NCBI GenBank assembly: GCA_001799675.1
Contig: MGTX01000001.1
Coordinates: 1,602-65,601, forward strand
DNA length: 64,000 nucleotides
From: Elusimicrobia bacterium GWA2_66_18
GTDB lineage: Bacteria; Elusimicrobiota; Elusimicrobia; UBA1565; UBA9628
Reading direction: 5' to 3'
Shown here: piece after piece, positions 8,829 to 18,958 of the stretch
Layout of the letters: each line of letters begins with the position of its first letter
Position numbering within the stretch: the first letter of the stretch is position 1
The notes under the pieces: model-generated
The model's database searches: none
Told to the model about the DNA's origin: nothing
The model's input: only the letters and a program-made list of their open reading frames with translations
Made by a program: the position numbers and the translations under genes

Positions 8829-11525
8829 ATGAAAGAAAAGCAAGGATTCCTACTCGACGCGGCTATCGGACTTGTCTTGACCCTCGTCGTGGCCGGGAGC
8901 TACCTGACCGGCGAGTCCTTCCTGGCCGGCGTCGAGTTTAAGGCCTACGACCTCCGCGCCAAGCTCCGCCAGACGCTGAAGTCCCCGGACGAGATCGTCC
9001 TCGTCACCATCGACGACGAGTCCATCGCCCAACTGGGACGGTGGCCCTGGCCGCGCACGCGCGTCGCGGCGGCCCTGGACCGCATCTCCGCGGCGGGCCC
9101 CAAGGTTATCGGGCTCAACGTCCTCTTCTCCGAGCCCGAGCAGAACCTGGGGCTCATCGAGGTCAAACGTCTGGAGGAGCGCTACCGGGAACTCCTGTCC
9201 GACAAGAAGGTCGTGCAGAAGGGCGCCGACTTCACCGTTGAGTTCGCTTCCGCCGCCGCGGCCCTGGATTCGGACTCCAAGCTCCTGGCCTCCATCCGCT
9301 CCGCCGGCGACGTGGTGATGCCGCTCTTCTTCGCGCCGAACACGACCCACTCCAAGGTCGTGCCTGCTCCCGCCGAGATATCCAGTTCCGCGGTTCACGC
9401 CCAAGTGTCCGCCGACGCGGGGGTGACGACCCTTGAGAAGATGATCCCTCCCGTGCCCGCCTTCGCCGAGGCGTCGGCGGGCCTCGGGCACTCCAACCTC
9501 TTCGTTGAGGGCGACGGCGTGTTCCGCAGGGACGCGCCGCTGGTGCTCTACGATGGGGCCCTCTATCCCTCCTATGCTCTGCGTCTGGCCATGGCCTACT
9601 ATGGCCTGTCGCCTGCGGATGTGAAGTTCGTGCCGGGAGTCGAGCTCGCGGCGGGCCCCCTGCGCATCCCGCTCGACGGCGACAGCATGATGGCGGTCAC
9701 CTTCCTCGGTCCGCCTACCGCCGACACCATCAAGCGCGCATCCTTCCAGGCGGTGATGGGCGGCAACGTCTCTCCCGACTTCTTCAAGGACCGCATCGTC
9801 CTCATCGGCCCGACCGCTCTCGGCGTGGGCAGCAACTACATGACCCCGGTCGCCGGGGAGTTCACGTCCGTGGAGGTCGTCGCGCACGAGATCGAGAACA
9901 TGCTCCATAATCGTTTCCTCACGCGTCCGCCCTGGGCGCAGCAGTTGGAGTGGGGGATGATCGCGGTCCTCGGCTTCTTCATCATGTTCGTTCTGCCGCG
10001 CCTGCGCGCCTTCTGGGGCCTCATCGTCAGCCTCATCCTGGCCCTGGCCGTGCTCGGCGCGGGCACCTACTTCTTCGCCGCGGCGGGGCAGTGGGTCAAG
10101 ATCGGCTATGCGCTGGCCCTCCTGACCGCCGGCTACCTAGTGGTGGTCTCCAAGAGCTTCCTCGTCACGGAGAAGGGCAAGGAACTCGTCGAGGCCTCGG
10201 CCATCGAGACGAACAAGATGCTGGGCCTTTCCTTCCAGGGGCAGGGAATGTTCGACTTGGCCTTCGAGAAGTTTCGTCTCTGCCCTCTCGACGACAACCT
10301 CAAGGACACGCTCTATAACCTGGCCCTCGACTTCGAGCGCAAGCGGCAGTTCTCCAAGGCTGCGGCCGTTCTCGACCACATCGCGGCCAAGGACCCGAAA
10401 TATAAAGACATCGCCGCGAAAGCGGCGATGCTCAAGGCCGCCTCCGAAGGGGCCGTCTTCGGCGGCGTGGGCGGGAGCAGGAAGGACGGCACCGTGTTGA
10501 TCGCCGGCGGCGCGACCAAGCCCACGCTCGGCCGCTACGAGATCGAGAAGGAATTGGGTCGGGGGGCCATGGGCGTAGTCTATCTCGGACGCGATCCGAA
10601 GATCAACCGCATGGTCGCCATCAAGACAATGATGCTCGAAGAAGGCGGTGATGGCGAGACGACCAAACAGGTCAAGGAGCGCTTCTTCCGCGAGGCCGAG
10701 TCGGCTGGCACGCTCAACCACCCGAATATCGTGCGCATCTTCGATGCCGGCGATGAGAACGAGGTGGCCTACATCGCCATGGAGCTTCTCGACGGTCACG
10801 ACCTAGTCAAGTACGGGACCAAGGAAGGACTCCTTCCTCTGGACAAGGCCCTCGAATATATGGCCACGGTCGCCGACGCGCTGGACTACGCCCACGCCCA
10901 GGGCATCGTGCACCGCGACATCAAGCCCGCAAACATCATGCTGCTCAAGGACGGCTCGATTCGGGTGGCCGACTTCGGCATCGCGCGTATCACCGCGTCC
11001 TCCAAAACCGCGACGGGCACGGTCATGGGCACGCCCTCGTACATGAGCCCCGAGCAGGTGGCGGGCAAGAAAGTCGACGGCCGCTCCGATCTCTTCTCCC
11101 TGAGCACCGCTCTCTTTGAGCTTGTCACCGGAGAGAAACCTTTCAAAGGCGGCGACGGCATCGGCACGCTCCTCTTCCAGATCGCCAACGACCCGCATCC
11201 GGACCCCGTCGCGCTCAAGCCCGGCCTGCCGGCTTCGTTGAAGGCCGTCATCGACAAGGGCCTCGCCAAGAACCCGGACCAGCGCTTCCAGCGCGGCTGC
11301 GAGATGGCCGCGGCGCTGCGCGCCGTGCTGGCCGAGTTGAAGGGGGGTGCTTCCGCCGAGACCGTCCCGAATCCGGACAAGACGGCCTCCATCGGCCCCG
11401 AGATCATCATCCCGGGCATCAACGATCTGCCCAAGCCCGCTGCGGAGGCCACGGTGCGCATCAAGCCGGCCCAGAGTCCTGACGAGACCGTCCGTCTCAC
11501 GCCGAACATTCAGGAGCCGATATGA
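8829..11525 (+). CDS. CHASE2 sensor-domain Ser/Thr protein kinase
   Basis: N-terminal CHASE2 (..LGRWPWPRTRVAAAL..), TM helices, then a Hanks kinase domain (GRGAMGVVYLG..AIK, HRDIKPANIML, DFGIAR, GTPSYMSPE). Confidence 0.85.
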   Translation: MKEKQGFLLDAAIGLVLTLVVAGSYLTGESFLAGVEFKAYDLRAKLRQTLKSPDEIVLVTIDDESIAQLGRWPWPRTRVAAALDRISAAGPKVIGLNVLFSEPEQNLGLIEVKRLEERYRELLSDKKVVQKGADFTVEFASAAAALDSDSKLLASIRSAGDVVMPLFFAPNTTHSKVVPAPAEISSSAVHAQVSADAGVTTLEKMIPPVPAFAEASAGLGHSNLFVEGDGVFRRDAPLVLYDGALYPSYALRLAMAYYGLSPADVKFVPGVELAAGPLRIPLDGDSMMAVTFLGPPTADTIKRASFQAVMGGNVSPDFFKDRIVLIGPTALGVGSNYMTPVAGEFTSVEVVAHEIENMLHNRFLTRPPWAQQLEWGMIAVLGFFIMFVLPRLRAFWGLIVSLILALAVLGAGTYFFAAAGQWVKIGYALALLTAGYLVVVSKSFLVTEKGKELVEASAIETNKMLGLSFQGQGMFDLAFEKFRLCPLDDNLKDTLYNLALDFERKRQFSKAAAVLDHIAAKDPKYKDIAAKAAMLKAASEGAVFGGVGGSRKDGTVLIAGGATKPTLGRYEIEKELGRGAMGVVYLGRDPKINRMVAIKTMMLEEGGDGETTKQVKERFFREAESAGTLNHPNIVRIFDAGDENEVAYIAMELLDGHDLVKYGTKEGLLPLDKALEYMATVADALDYAHAQGIVHRDIKPANIMLLKDGSIRVADFGIARITASSKTATGTVMGTPSYMSPEQVAGKKVDGRSDLFSLSTALFELVTGEKPFKGGDGIGTLLFQIANDPHPDPVALKPGLPASLKAVIDKGLAKNPDQRFQRGCEMAAALRAVLAELKGGASAETVPNPDKTASIGPEIIIPGINDLPKPAAEATVRIKPAQSPDETVRLTPNIQEPI

Positions 11526-12412
11526 GGACCCAGGACGGCATCGAGACCTCGGGCGCGACCGATCCCGGATGCGTGCGAAAGAACAATGAGGACAATTTCG
11601 CCATCGAGCCGGAACTGGGCCTGCTGATTGTGGCCGACGGCATGGGCGGTCACAACTCCGGCGAGGTCGCCAGCGGCCTCGCGACCAAGGAGATCGCCCA
11701 CTACGCTCGCCAGATGCTCGGAGGTGAGAAGGTGCTGGTCCCCGAGGGCGGCACGCCGGGGCTGTCCGCCCGCGGCCGTCAGCTCGAGCTCTTCGTGAAG
11801 AGCGCCAACACTATAATCTACGAGAGGGGCCGGAACTATCCCAAGGATGCCGGGATGGGCACCACGGTGGTCGCGGTGCTGCTTGACGCCAAGTCCATGA
11901 CCGTTGCGCACGTGGGAGACAGCAGACTCTACCTGTGGCGCCAAAGGGAATTATCCCAACTTACTGAGGACCATTCTCTCGTGGTCGAGATGGTCAAGCG
12001 GGGGCAGATGACGGCCGATGACGCGTTGCGCTCGCCCCAGCAGAATATGCTGACCCGCGCCCTTGGGGCCGAGGGGGAGGTCCAGGTGGACGTAGCGGAA
12101 CACCCGCTCCTGCCGGGAGACTTGGTCCTGCTGGCGACCGACGGCCTCGCCAAGATGGTGTCCGACGCGGAGGTCGCGCGTGTCATTGAGTCTGAGGGCG
12201 ATGTCCGGAAGATCGTGGCCGCGCTCATCGCCAGGTCCCGCGCTGCAGGTGGGGTCGACAACGTTACGGTGGTCGCCGCGCGCGTACCGGCGCGCTGCGA
12301 GGGCTGGGTTGAGGGCCTAGTCTCGCGGTTATTCGGGCGAAGATGGGAAGATGGGGTCAGGCTTTCAAATCTTTCAAATTCCAAAGGGAATTTGAAAGAT
12401 TTGAAAGCCTGA
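11522..12412 (+). CDS. PP2C-family Ser/Thr protein phosphatase
   Basis: ..NEDNFAI..LLIVADGMGGHNSGEVAS.., ..GTTVVAVLL.., DGL motifs. Start overlaps the kinase stop (ATGA). The 3' end runs through the long hairpin, so the true stop may be earlier. Confidence 0.8.
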   Translation: MRTQDGIETSGATDPGCVRKNNEDNFAIEPELGLLIVADGMGGHNSGEVASGLATKEIAHYARQMLGGEKVLVPEGGTPGLSARGRQLELFVKSANTIIYERGRNYPKDAGMGTTVVAVLLDAKSMTVAHVGDSRLYLWRQRELSQLTEDHSLVVEMVKRGQMTADDALRSPQQNMLTRALGAEGEVQVDVAEHPLLPGDLVLLATDGLAKMVSDAEVARVIESEGDVRKIVAALIARSRAAGGVDNVTVVAARVPARCEGWVEGLVSRLFGRRWEDGVRLSNLSNSKGNLKDLKA

Positions 12413-12416
12413 CCCC
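12353..12416 (+). repeat. Perfect 30-bp-stem/4-nt-loop inverted repeat (hairpin) between the PP2C and FHA genes
   Basis: GGGGTCAGGCTTTCAAATCTTTCAAATTCC aaag GGAATTTGAAAGATTTGAAAGCCTGACCCC. The arms are exact reverse complements. Each arm contains a direct CTTTCAAAT x2. An AGGAGA RBS and the FHA ATG follow 24 nt downstream. Confidence 0.9.
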
Positions 12417-12439
12417 ATCCACATCCACAGGAGAACGCG

Positions 12440-13168
12440 ATGCCGAAGCTCTTGCTGAAGTTCAACGCTGCGGTCATTAAGGAGATCCCTTTCGACAAGG
12501 ACTCCCTCAGCGTCGGGCGCAAGTCCGACAACGACATCGTCATCGACAACCCCGCCATCTCGGGACATCACTGCCGCATCGTCCGCCAAGGCGGGACCTC
12601 CTTCGTCGAGGACCTTGAATCCACCAACGGGACCTTCGTCAACGAGAGGCGCATCAAGCAGTCGGGCCTTCATCACAACGACGTGATCGGGCTCGCGAAG
12701 CATGCCCTCGTCTTCATTGAGGACGCTCCTCCACCCGAGGACGCTCCCGCCCCGGCCGCCGGGCCAGCCGGCGACGCGACGATGGTGATCTCTCCGCAGA
12801 AGCAGGCGGAACTGGTGGCGGCCTCCACCGGCTTGGCCAAGCCGGTCGGCCTGACGAAGACGGGCTGGCTGCGCGTGCTCAAGGGCGCCGTCGGTCCTTC
12901 CGAGCACGAGCTCAAGGGTATGTCCACATATATCGGCAAGTCCGACCGGGTGCAGATCCAGATCAAGGGCTCGGGCCTGTTCGGTTCGGCCCCCGAGGTT
13001 GCCGCCTCGGTGCACCGCAAACCCGAGGGCTTCGTGTTGGTGGCCGTGACGGGCGGCTATCCTGTCGTCAACGGCAGCAAGGTCGCCGGCTCCGTCGTCC
13101 TTAATGAGGGCGACATCATCGACTGCGGCGCGACGACCATGCAGTTCGAGCTGCGCGACGCGGCCTGA
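12440..13168 (+). CDS. Tandem-FHA-domain protein
   Basis: First FHA: ..SVGRKSDNDIVIDNPAISGHHCRIV..STNGTFVN.. (G-R, S-x-H, N-G). Pro/Ala linker. Second FHA-like: ..GKSDRVQIQ..SVHRKPEG..VVNGSKV..EGDIIDCGATTMQFEL. Confidence 0.75.
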   Translation: MPKLLLKFNAAVIKEIPFDKDSLSVGRKSDNDIVIDNPAISGHHCRIVRQGGTSFVEDLESTNGTFVNERRIKQSGLHHNDVIGLAKHALVFIEDAPPPEDAPAPAAGPAGDATMVISPQKQAELVAASTGLAKPVGLTKTGWLRVLKGAVGPSEHELKGMSTYIGKSDRVQIQIKGSGLFGSAPEVAASVHRKPEGFVLVAVTGGYPVVNGSKVAGSVVLNEGDIIDCGATTMQFELRDAA

Positions 13169-13270
13169 GCCTGAAGTAATTTTCATCATACCAGTTCCGA
13201 TGGGAACTCCACCGTATTGTTTGACCTGAATCAATTGTATCCGGACGGCTTGCGGGAGTAGAATAAGAGC

Positions 13271-15160
13271 ATGAGCGACATTTCCACTAAGCCCAAGCAG
13301 TCCACCTCGACTCAGATCGAAGTGATCGAATCCGCCGTGATCCGTTTCGCGGGAGATTCCGGCGACGGGATCCAGTTGACCGGATCCCAGTTCACGACGG
13401 CGACGGCTTTCGCCGGCAACGATCTCTCCACTTTCCCCGACTATCCTGCCGAGATCCGTGCCCCCGTGGGGACGGTCGCGGGCGTGTCCGGCTTCCAGAT
13501 CCAGTTCGCCTCGCGCGAGGTCCTCACCCCCGGCGACGCGCCGGACGTGCTGGTGGCGATGAACCCGGCCGCGCTCAAGGCCAACAGCAAGGACGTCAAG
13601 AAGGGCGGGATCCTCATCGTTAATAAGGACGCCTTCACCCCTATGAACCTTCAGAAGGCGGGCTATGAAAAGAACCCTCTCGAGGACGGTTCGCTCTCCG
13701 ACTGGCGCGTCATCCCCGTCGAACTCACTCGTCTGACCCGCAATGCGCTCGAAGGGCTGGGTCTGACGGCCGCGCAGACCGAGCGGTGCAAGAATTTCTT
13801 CGCGCTGGGCATTGCGTACTGGCTCTACGACCGGCCGCTGGAGGCCACCGTGCGCTGGATCGAGGGCAAGTTCAAGAAGAACCCCGTTTTCGTCGAGGCC
13901 AATAAGAAGGCCCTCCACGAGGGCAACAGCTACGCGGAGACCGCGGAGATATTCGGCCGGCACTACTGCGTGCGCAAAGCGCCCATCAAGCCCGGCGTCT
14001 ATCGCAACATCACCGGCAACGAGGCGTGCGCTCTCGGCCTCGTCGCGGCGTCTCAAGCGTCAGGACTGGCACTGTGGTACGGCTCCTACCCCATCACTCC
14101 GGCTTCGGACGTGCTGCATGAGTTGTCGAAGTGCAAGAACTTCGGAGTCAAGACCTTCCAGGCCGAAGATGAGATCGCGGCCATCGGCTCGGCCATCGGC
14201 GCGTCCTTCGCGGGACTGCTGGCGGCCACCGGGACCTCGGGTCCCGGCGTCGCCTTGAAGACCGAGGCCATCGGCCTGGCGGTCATGACGGAGCTGCCGT
14301 TGGTGATCCTCAACGTCCAACGCGGGGGACCCTCCACGGGCCTTCCGACCAAGACCGAGCAGTCGGACCTCTTCCAGGCGATCTACGGCCGCAACGGCGA
14401 CTGTCCCCTCCCGGTGCTGGCGGCCGCCACGCCCGGCGACTGCTTCGCCATGGCCTATGAGGCCTGCCGCCTGGCCATCAAGTACATGACCCCGGTCATC
14501 CTGCTGACCGACGGCTACTTGGCCAACGGTTCCGAGCCCTGGCTGGTTCCCGGCGCGGCGGCACTGCCGAAGTTCGAGAAGAGGACCTTGCTCTCGCCGG
14601 CGGAGTACAAGCCCTACCAGCGAGATCCGCAGACCCTGGCCCGCTCATGGGCCACCCCCGGCGCGAAGGCCTACGAGCATCGCCTGGGCGGACTTGAGAA
14701 GCAGGACGTGACGGGGACGATTTCCTACGACGGCGACAACCATGAGAAAATGGTCCGCCTGCGGGCCGCCAAGGTCAACAAGCTGACGCAGGACATCCCT
14801 CCCACCGAGATCCTCGGCGAGAAGAAGGGCCAAATCCTGCTCGTGGGCTGGGGCGGGACGTACGGCTCCATCACGGCGGCCGTTCAGAACCTGCAGAAGC
14901 GCGGCGAGAAGGTTTCCTCCATACACCTGCGCCATCTCAACCCGTTGCCGCCGGACCTGGGCGGCATCCTGTCCGGCTTCGAGCGCGTTCTGGTGCCGGA
15001 GCTCAACATGGGCCAGTTGCTCAAAGTCCTGAGGGCCGAGTATCTGGTCCCGGCGACCGGCTACAATAAGATCAAGGGACAGGCCTTCAAGGTCGTCGAG
15101 ATCGAGGAGGCCGTCGACGTAATTCTTGAGGATCTCAAGAAGAAGGGGGGGAAGAACTGA
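13271..15160 (+). CDS. korA: 2-oxoglutarate:ferredoxin oxidoreductase alpha subunit (KorA-type, fused gamma/alpha)
   Basis: 629 aa. ..GNEACALGLVAASQASGLALWYGSYPITPASD.. and ..GTSGPGVALKTEAIGLAVMTELPLVIL.. are typical of OFOR alpha subunits. Confidence 0.85.
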   Translation: MSDISTKPKQSTSTQIEVIESAVIRFAGDSGDGIQLTGSQFTTATAFAGNDLSTFPDYPAEIRAPVGTVAGVSGFQIQFASREVLTPGDAPDVLVAMNPAALKANSKDVKKGGILIVNKDAFTPMNLQKAGYEKNPLEDGSLSDWRVIPVELTRLTRNALEGLGLTAAQTERCKNFFALGIAYWLYDRPLEATVRWIEGKFKKNPVFVEANKKALHEGNSYAETAEIFGRHYCVRKAPIKPGVYRNITGNEACALGLVAASQASGLALWYGSYPITPASDVLHELSKCKNFGVKTFQAEDEIAAIGSAIGASFAGLLAATGTSGPGVALKTEAIGLAVMTELPLVILNVQRGGPSTGLPTKTEQSDLFQAIYGRNGDCPLPVLAAATPGDCFAMAYEACRLAIKYMTPVILLTDGYLANGSEPWLVPGAAALPKFEKRTLLSPAEYKPYQRDPQTLARSWATPGAKAYEHRLGGLEKQDVTGTISYDGDNHEKMVRLRAAKVNKLTQDIPPTEILGEKKGQILLVGWGGTYGSITAAVQNLQKRGEKVSSIHLRHLNPLPPDLGGILSGFERVLVPELNMGQLLKVLRAEYLVPATGYNKIKGQAFKVVEIEEAVDVILEDLKKKGGKN

Positions 15161-15161
15161 C

Positions 15162-16196
15162 ATGGCCGACACTCTAGACGAGATCGAGACCTTGCCCGGC
15201 TCCGGGCCCATGCTGCAGGCCAAGGACTTCAAGTCGGATCAGATGGTCCGCTGGTGCCCGGGTTGCGGCGACTTCGCCATTCTCTCCGCGGTCCAGAAGG
15301 TCCTGCCGACCCTCGGTATTCCGAAGGAGAAGATCGTGTTCGTGTCCGGCATCGGATGCTCCTCACGTTTTCCGTACTACATGAACACCTTCGGCTTCCA
15401 TACCATCCACGGCCGCGCCCTGACGGTCGCCACGGGCGTCAAATGCTCCAACCCGGACCTGCAGGTCTGGGTGGTGACCGGTGATGGAGACGGACTGTCC
15501 ATCGGAGGCAACCACCTCCTCCACGCCCTACGACGCAACGTCGACCTTAAGGTCCTCCTGTTCAACAACCGGATATACGGCCTGACCAAGGGCCAGTACT
15601 CGCCGACCTCGGAACTTGGCAAAAAGACGAAGTCCTCCCCCATGGGCACCATCGACATCCCCCTGAACCCGATTGCGGTGGCGTTGTCTTGCGAGGCGAG
15701 CTTCGTGGCGCGCGCGGTGGACACGGACCTTCCCTTCCTCTCGGAGGTTCTGACCCGTGCTGCCAAGCACAAGGGCTCCGCCTTCGTCGAGATCTTCCAG
15801 AACTGCATTGTCTTCAACGACGGCGCCTGGGACTCCGTGACGGCAAAGGGAGTGCGCGAGGAGAAGATGCTGAAACTCGCGCATGGCAAGCCGATGATCT
15901 TCGGCTCCAAGAAGGACAAGGGCATCCGTCTCAAGGGCCTCGAGCCAGAGGTCGTGACCTTCGATCCCGCCGTTGTTCCCAAGGACCTCCTCATCCACGA
16001 CGAGAAGGCGCCGTCGGCGACGCTGGCCGATATGCTCTCGCACATGAGAGAGCCCGTGCCGCAGGGAGTTTTCCGCGACGTTGCGCGCCCGACTCTCCAT
16101 GAGCTTATGGATGGGCAAATCGCGCAGGCCAAGACCGTGCCTCCCGATCTAGAGAAGCTTTTCAAGGGCCCAGAGGCGTGGACCGTCACGACCTAG
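15162..16196 (+). CDS. korB: 2-oxoglutarate:ferredoxin oxidoreductase beta subunit (TPP-binding)
   Basis: ..WCPGCGDFAILSAVQKVL..VSGIGCSSRFPYYMNTFGFHTIHGRAL..GDGDGLSIGGNHL.. ATG at 15162 directly after the korA stop. The ORF-track upstream extension is rejected. Confidence 0.85.
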   Translation: MADTLDEIETLPGSGPMLQAKDFKSDQMVRWCPGCGDFAILSAVQKVLPTLGIPKEKIVFVSGIGCSSRFPYYMNTFGFHTIHGRALTVATGVKCSNPDLQVWVVTGDGDGLSIGGNHLLHALRRNVDLKVLLFNNRIYGLTKGQYSPTSELGKKTKSSPMGTIDIPLNPIAVALSCEASFVARAVDTDLPFLSEVLTRAAKHKGSAFVEIFQNCIVFNDGAWDSVTAKGVREEKMLKLAHGKPMIFGSKKDKGIRLKGLEPEVVTFDPAVVPKDLLIHDEKAPSATLADMLSHMREPVPQGVFRDVARPTLHELMDGQIAQAKTVPPDLEKLFKGPEAWTVTT

Positions 16197-16209
16197 TTCC
16201 AGGAGAGAC

Positions 16210-17367
16210 ATGAAACTTCTCGAGTTCGAAGCGAAGGATATCCTGAAGGTCCGGGGCGTGCCGGTGCCCCCGAATGGCGGCGTCATCAAAAAGACCGTCC
16301 AACTGACCGCCGCGCTTAAGCGCGCGGGCCAGGCCCCCTGGGTGCTCAAGGCCCAGGTCCTGGCCGGCGGACGCGGCAAGGCCGGCGGCATCAAGCTCGC
16401 CAAGACCCCCAAAGAAGCTAAGGAATTCGCCAAAGTCATGCTCGGCATGGACCTGGCCACCCACCAGACCCACGGTCAGGCCATCAAGGTCAGGGAGCTT
16501 CTCATCGAGGGCGGCGTCAAGATCGAGCGCGAACTCTACTTCTCGGTGGTCCTGGACCGCAAGGCCGCGGCCCCGACCATCATCGCCTCGGCCCAGGGCG
16601 GCATGGAAATCGAGTCTCTGGCCGTCGAGCACCCAGAGTCCGTCATCCGTATGTCCGTGGACCCGAACGTCGGCCTGCGCGACTTCGCGGCGCGGCGCTT
16701 GGCCTTCGCCTTGGATGTCCCGATGGACCGCGTCGGCGAGTTCTGCCGCGTGGCCAAGGTCCTGGTCCAGTCGTTCATCGAGCTCGACTGCTCGCTGCTG
16801 GAGATCAACCCACTCATTCTCACACCCAAGGGCGTGATGGCCCTCGACGCCAAGATCATCATCGACGACAGCGCCCTCTTTCGCCACCCCGAGTTGGCCA
16901 AGACGGCGGACCATGAGGCCTCGGCGCTGGAAGTGGAGGCCAAGAAGGCCGACATCTCTTACGTGGGCCTCGACGGCAGCATCGGCTGCATGGTCAACGG
17001 TGCGGGCCTGGCCATGGGCACGATGGACACCATCGCGCTTGCCGGCGGCAGCCCCGCAAACTTCCTAGACGTCGGCGGCGGCGCCGACGAGGAGCGCGTC
17101 ACCCGCGCGCTGAAGATCATCCTGAAAGATAAGAAGGTCCGCGCCATCCTCATCAACATCTTCGGTGGGATCGTGAAGTGCGACATGATCGCCTCCGGAG
17201 TCGTGGCTGCGCTCAGGAAGATCAAGCTCCAGGTCCCTCTCGTGGTGAGACTTCAAGGCACCAATGTCGAGAAGGGCCAGGAGATCCTCGCCAAGTCGGG
17301 AATCCCCATCATTCAGGCGGATGATCTATGGACGGCGGCCCAGAAGGCGGTGGAGGCGGTGAAGTAA
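16210..17367 (+). CDS. sucC: Succinyl-CoA synthetase beta subunit
   Basis: [37 protein letters not shown].. is the canonical SucC N-terminus. Confidence 0.9.
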   Translation: MKLLEFEAKDILKVRGVPVPPNGGVIKKTVQLTAALKRAGQAPWVLKAQVLAGGRGKAGGIKLAKTPKEAKEFAKVMLGMDLATHQTHGQAIKVRELLIEGGVKIERELYFSVVLDRKAAAPTIIASAQGGMEIESLAVEHPESVIRMSVDPNVGLRDFAARRLAFALDVPMDRVGEFCRVAKVLVQSFIELDCSLLEINPLILTPKGVMALDAKIIIDDSALFRHPELAKTADHEASALEVEAKKADISYVGLDGSIGCMVNGAGLAMGTMDTIALAGGSPANFLDVGGGADEERVTRALKIILKDKKVRAILINIFGGIVKCDMIASGVVAALRKIKLQVPLVVRLQGTNVEKGQEILAKSGIPIIQADDLWTAAQKAVEAVK

Positions 17368-17368
17368 C

Positions 17369-18265
17369 ATGGCCATCATCCTCGATAAGGATTCGAAGAT
17401 CGTCGTCCAGGGCTTCACCGGTTCACAGGGCAGCTTCCACGCAAAGCAGTGCATGGATTATGGCTCACAGATCGTCGCCGGCGTGACCCCCGGCCGCGGC
17501 GGCCAGACCCACTTGGACCGGCCCGTGTTCAATACGGTCCACGATGCGGTGCGCAACACGGGCGCCTTCGTCTCGCTCATCTTCGTGCCGGCGCCGTTCG
17601 CCGCCGACTCGATCATGGAGGCCGTGGACGCCGGCTGCTCGACCATCATCAGCATCACCGAGGGCATCCCGGTCATCGATATGGCCAAGGTCAAGCGCTA
17701 TATCAATCAGCAAACCCTGTCTGGAAGAGAGATGACGCTGATCGGACCTAATTGCCCCGGCGTCATCACGCCCGGCCAGTGCAAGGCCGGCATCATGCCC
17801 GCATTCATCCACAAGCCCGGAACCATCGGCGTCATCTCGCGCTCCGGCACGCTGACCTATGAGGCCGTCGACCAACTCACTAAGCGAGGTCTGGGCCAGT
17901 CCACGGTCGTCGGCATCGGAGGCGACCCCATCGCAGGTTCGAACTTCTCCGACATCCTGGCCAAATTCGAGAAAGACGACGGCACCGACGCCATCGTCAT
18001 GATCGGCGAGATCGGAGGCTCGGCGGAAGAGGAAGCGGCCCGCTTCTTCAAGGAGAAGATGTCAAAGCCCGTCTTCGGCTTCATCGCCGGAAAGGCCGCC
18101 CCGGAGGGCCGCCGCATGGGCCATGCGGGCGCCATCATCGAGGGCGGCAGCGGCACCCACGCCTCCAAGATGAAGGCCATGCGCGAGGCCGGCATCATCA
18201 TGGTGGAGAACCTTTCCGAGATCGGCGAGACCGTCGCCAAATCCCGTCGCCCCTTGGCCGCCTAG
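17369..18265 (+). CDS. sucD: Succinyl-CoA synthetase alpha subunit
   Basis: ..[36 protein letters not shown].. with the catalytic His region ..[17 protein letters not shown]. Confidence 0.9.
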   Translation: MAIILDKDSKIVVQGFTGSQGSFHAKQCMDYGSQIVAGVTPGRGGQTHLDRPVFNTVHDAVRNTGAFVSLIFVPAPFAADSIMEAVDAGCSTIISITEGIPVIDMAKVKRYINQQTLSGREMTLIGPNCPGVITPGQCKAGIMPAFIHKPGTIGVISRSGTLTYEAVDQLTKRGLGQSTVVGIGGDPIAGSNFSDILAKFEKDDGTDAIVMIGEIGGSAEEEAARFFKEKMSKPVFGFIAGKAAPEGRRMGHAGAIIEGGSGTHASKMKAMREAGIIMVENLSEIGETVAKSRRPLAA

Positions 18266-18903
18266 CGGCCCTGACTCTTCAGATATTTCTGGACTTCGGG
18301 GTTATTCTCGGCGCCCGGGGGCAGGTTCTTGAGCAGTTCCTGCATGTCCTGGCCGCCTTCCTGCCCCACGGGGGCGGTTTGCGGGCCGTTGCCGCCCTTG
18401 AAGCCGCTGAAGCCGCGGGTCGGTTGGAGCTTCGGAGCGGAGAAGTTCTTCTTGGTCTGTTTGGGCGTGGTCTTGGCCTTCACGGCGGGCGCGGGAGGCG
18501 GAGTCGGCGCGGGCGCCGCCGGGGTTTCAGCTTTGGGCGGTTCCGGGGCCTTGGCCTTCATGTCATCGGTCATCTTAATGAAGTCCAGGGAGGAGCCGGC
18601 GGGTGACTCTGCGCGGCCGGTCGCGCGGCGGGCGGACGAGGGGGCCGAGATGTTCGAGGGAACCGCGGTCTGAGAGGGCGTGATCTTGCGCTCGGAGCCT
18701 TCCCGGCGCTCAAAAAGGTCGTTGCGGCCGCTCGGGCCGCGGACGCTGCTTGCCTCGCTCCACTTGAGGTAGATGACGCCCATCAGTGGAAGGAGGAGGC
18801 AGACCGCGCCTCCGGCGAGCAGCCAGACGGTCCTCTTCTTGCGCGTCTGCTCGTGGTCATCCGGGGCAGGGGCGGCCATAGATGGGAGTGTATCAGGAGA
18901 CAC
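18262..18903 (-). CDS. Membrane-anchored Pro/Ala-rich low-complexity protein, hypothetical
   Basis: Single TM ([20 protein letters not shown]), then a PAPT/PEPP-rich tail. A true start may be an internal Met. Confidence 0.35.
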   Translation of the reverse strand: MSPDTLPSMAAPAPDDHEQTRKKRTVWLLAGGAVCLLLPLMGVIYLKWSEASSVRGPSGRNDLFERREGSERKITPSQTAVPSNISAPSSARRATGRAESPAGSSLDFIKMTDDMKAKAPEPPKAETPAAPAPTPPPAPAVKAKTTPKQTKKNFSAPKLQPTRGFSGFKGGNGPQTAPVGQEGGQDMQELLKNLPPGAENNPEVQKYLKSQGR

Positions 18904-18930
18904 TGGGATTGTCCAGGGGTCCAGTGGGTC

Positions 18931-18958
18931 TTGACAAAAGCAACAATTCCGTTACACT
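18931..18958 (+). promoter_or_regulatory. Sigma70-like promoter candidate (TTGACA-N16-TACACT) upstream of the motor-like cluster
   Basis: TTGACA 18931-18936, 16-nt spacer, TACACT 18953-18958. About 170 nt upstream of the 19130 ORF. Confidence 0.35.

Noticed and set aside
8850-9908. 352-aa minus-strand ORF inside the CHASE2 kinase gene
   Set aside because: Antisense to a gene with clear CHASE2 and kinase motifs.
13168-13271. Possible terminator hairpin after the FHA gene (CCAGTTCC GATG GGAACTCC)
   Set aside because: Only a 6-bp imperfect stem and no U-tract. More likely just spacer before the korA RBS.
12374-14056. 560-aa ORF on the minus strand overlapping the FHA gene and korA
   Set aside because: Antisense to two well-supported genes. 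Composition (Ala/Arg/Gly/Asp/Leu-rich) is typical of high-GC frame artefacts. No recognisable motifs.
15126-15161. Upstream extension of korB (MRISRRRGGRTD...)
   Set aside because: Overlaps the korA 3' end. An ATG at 15162 directly follows the korA stop, and the conserved KorB sequence begins there.
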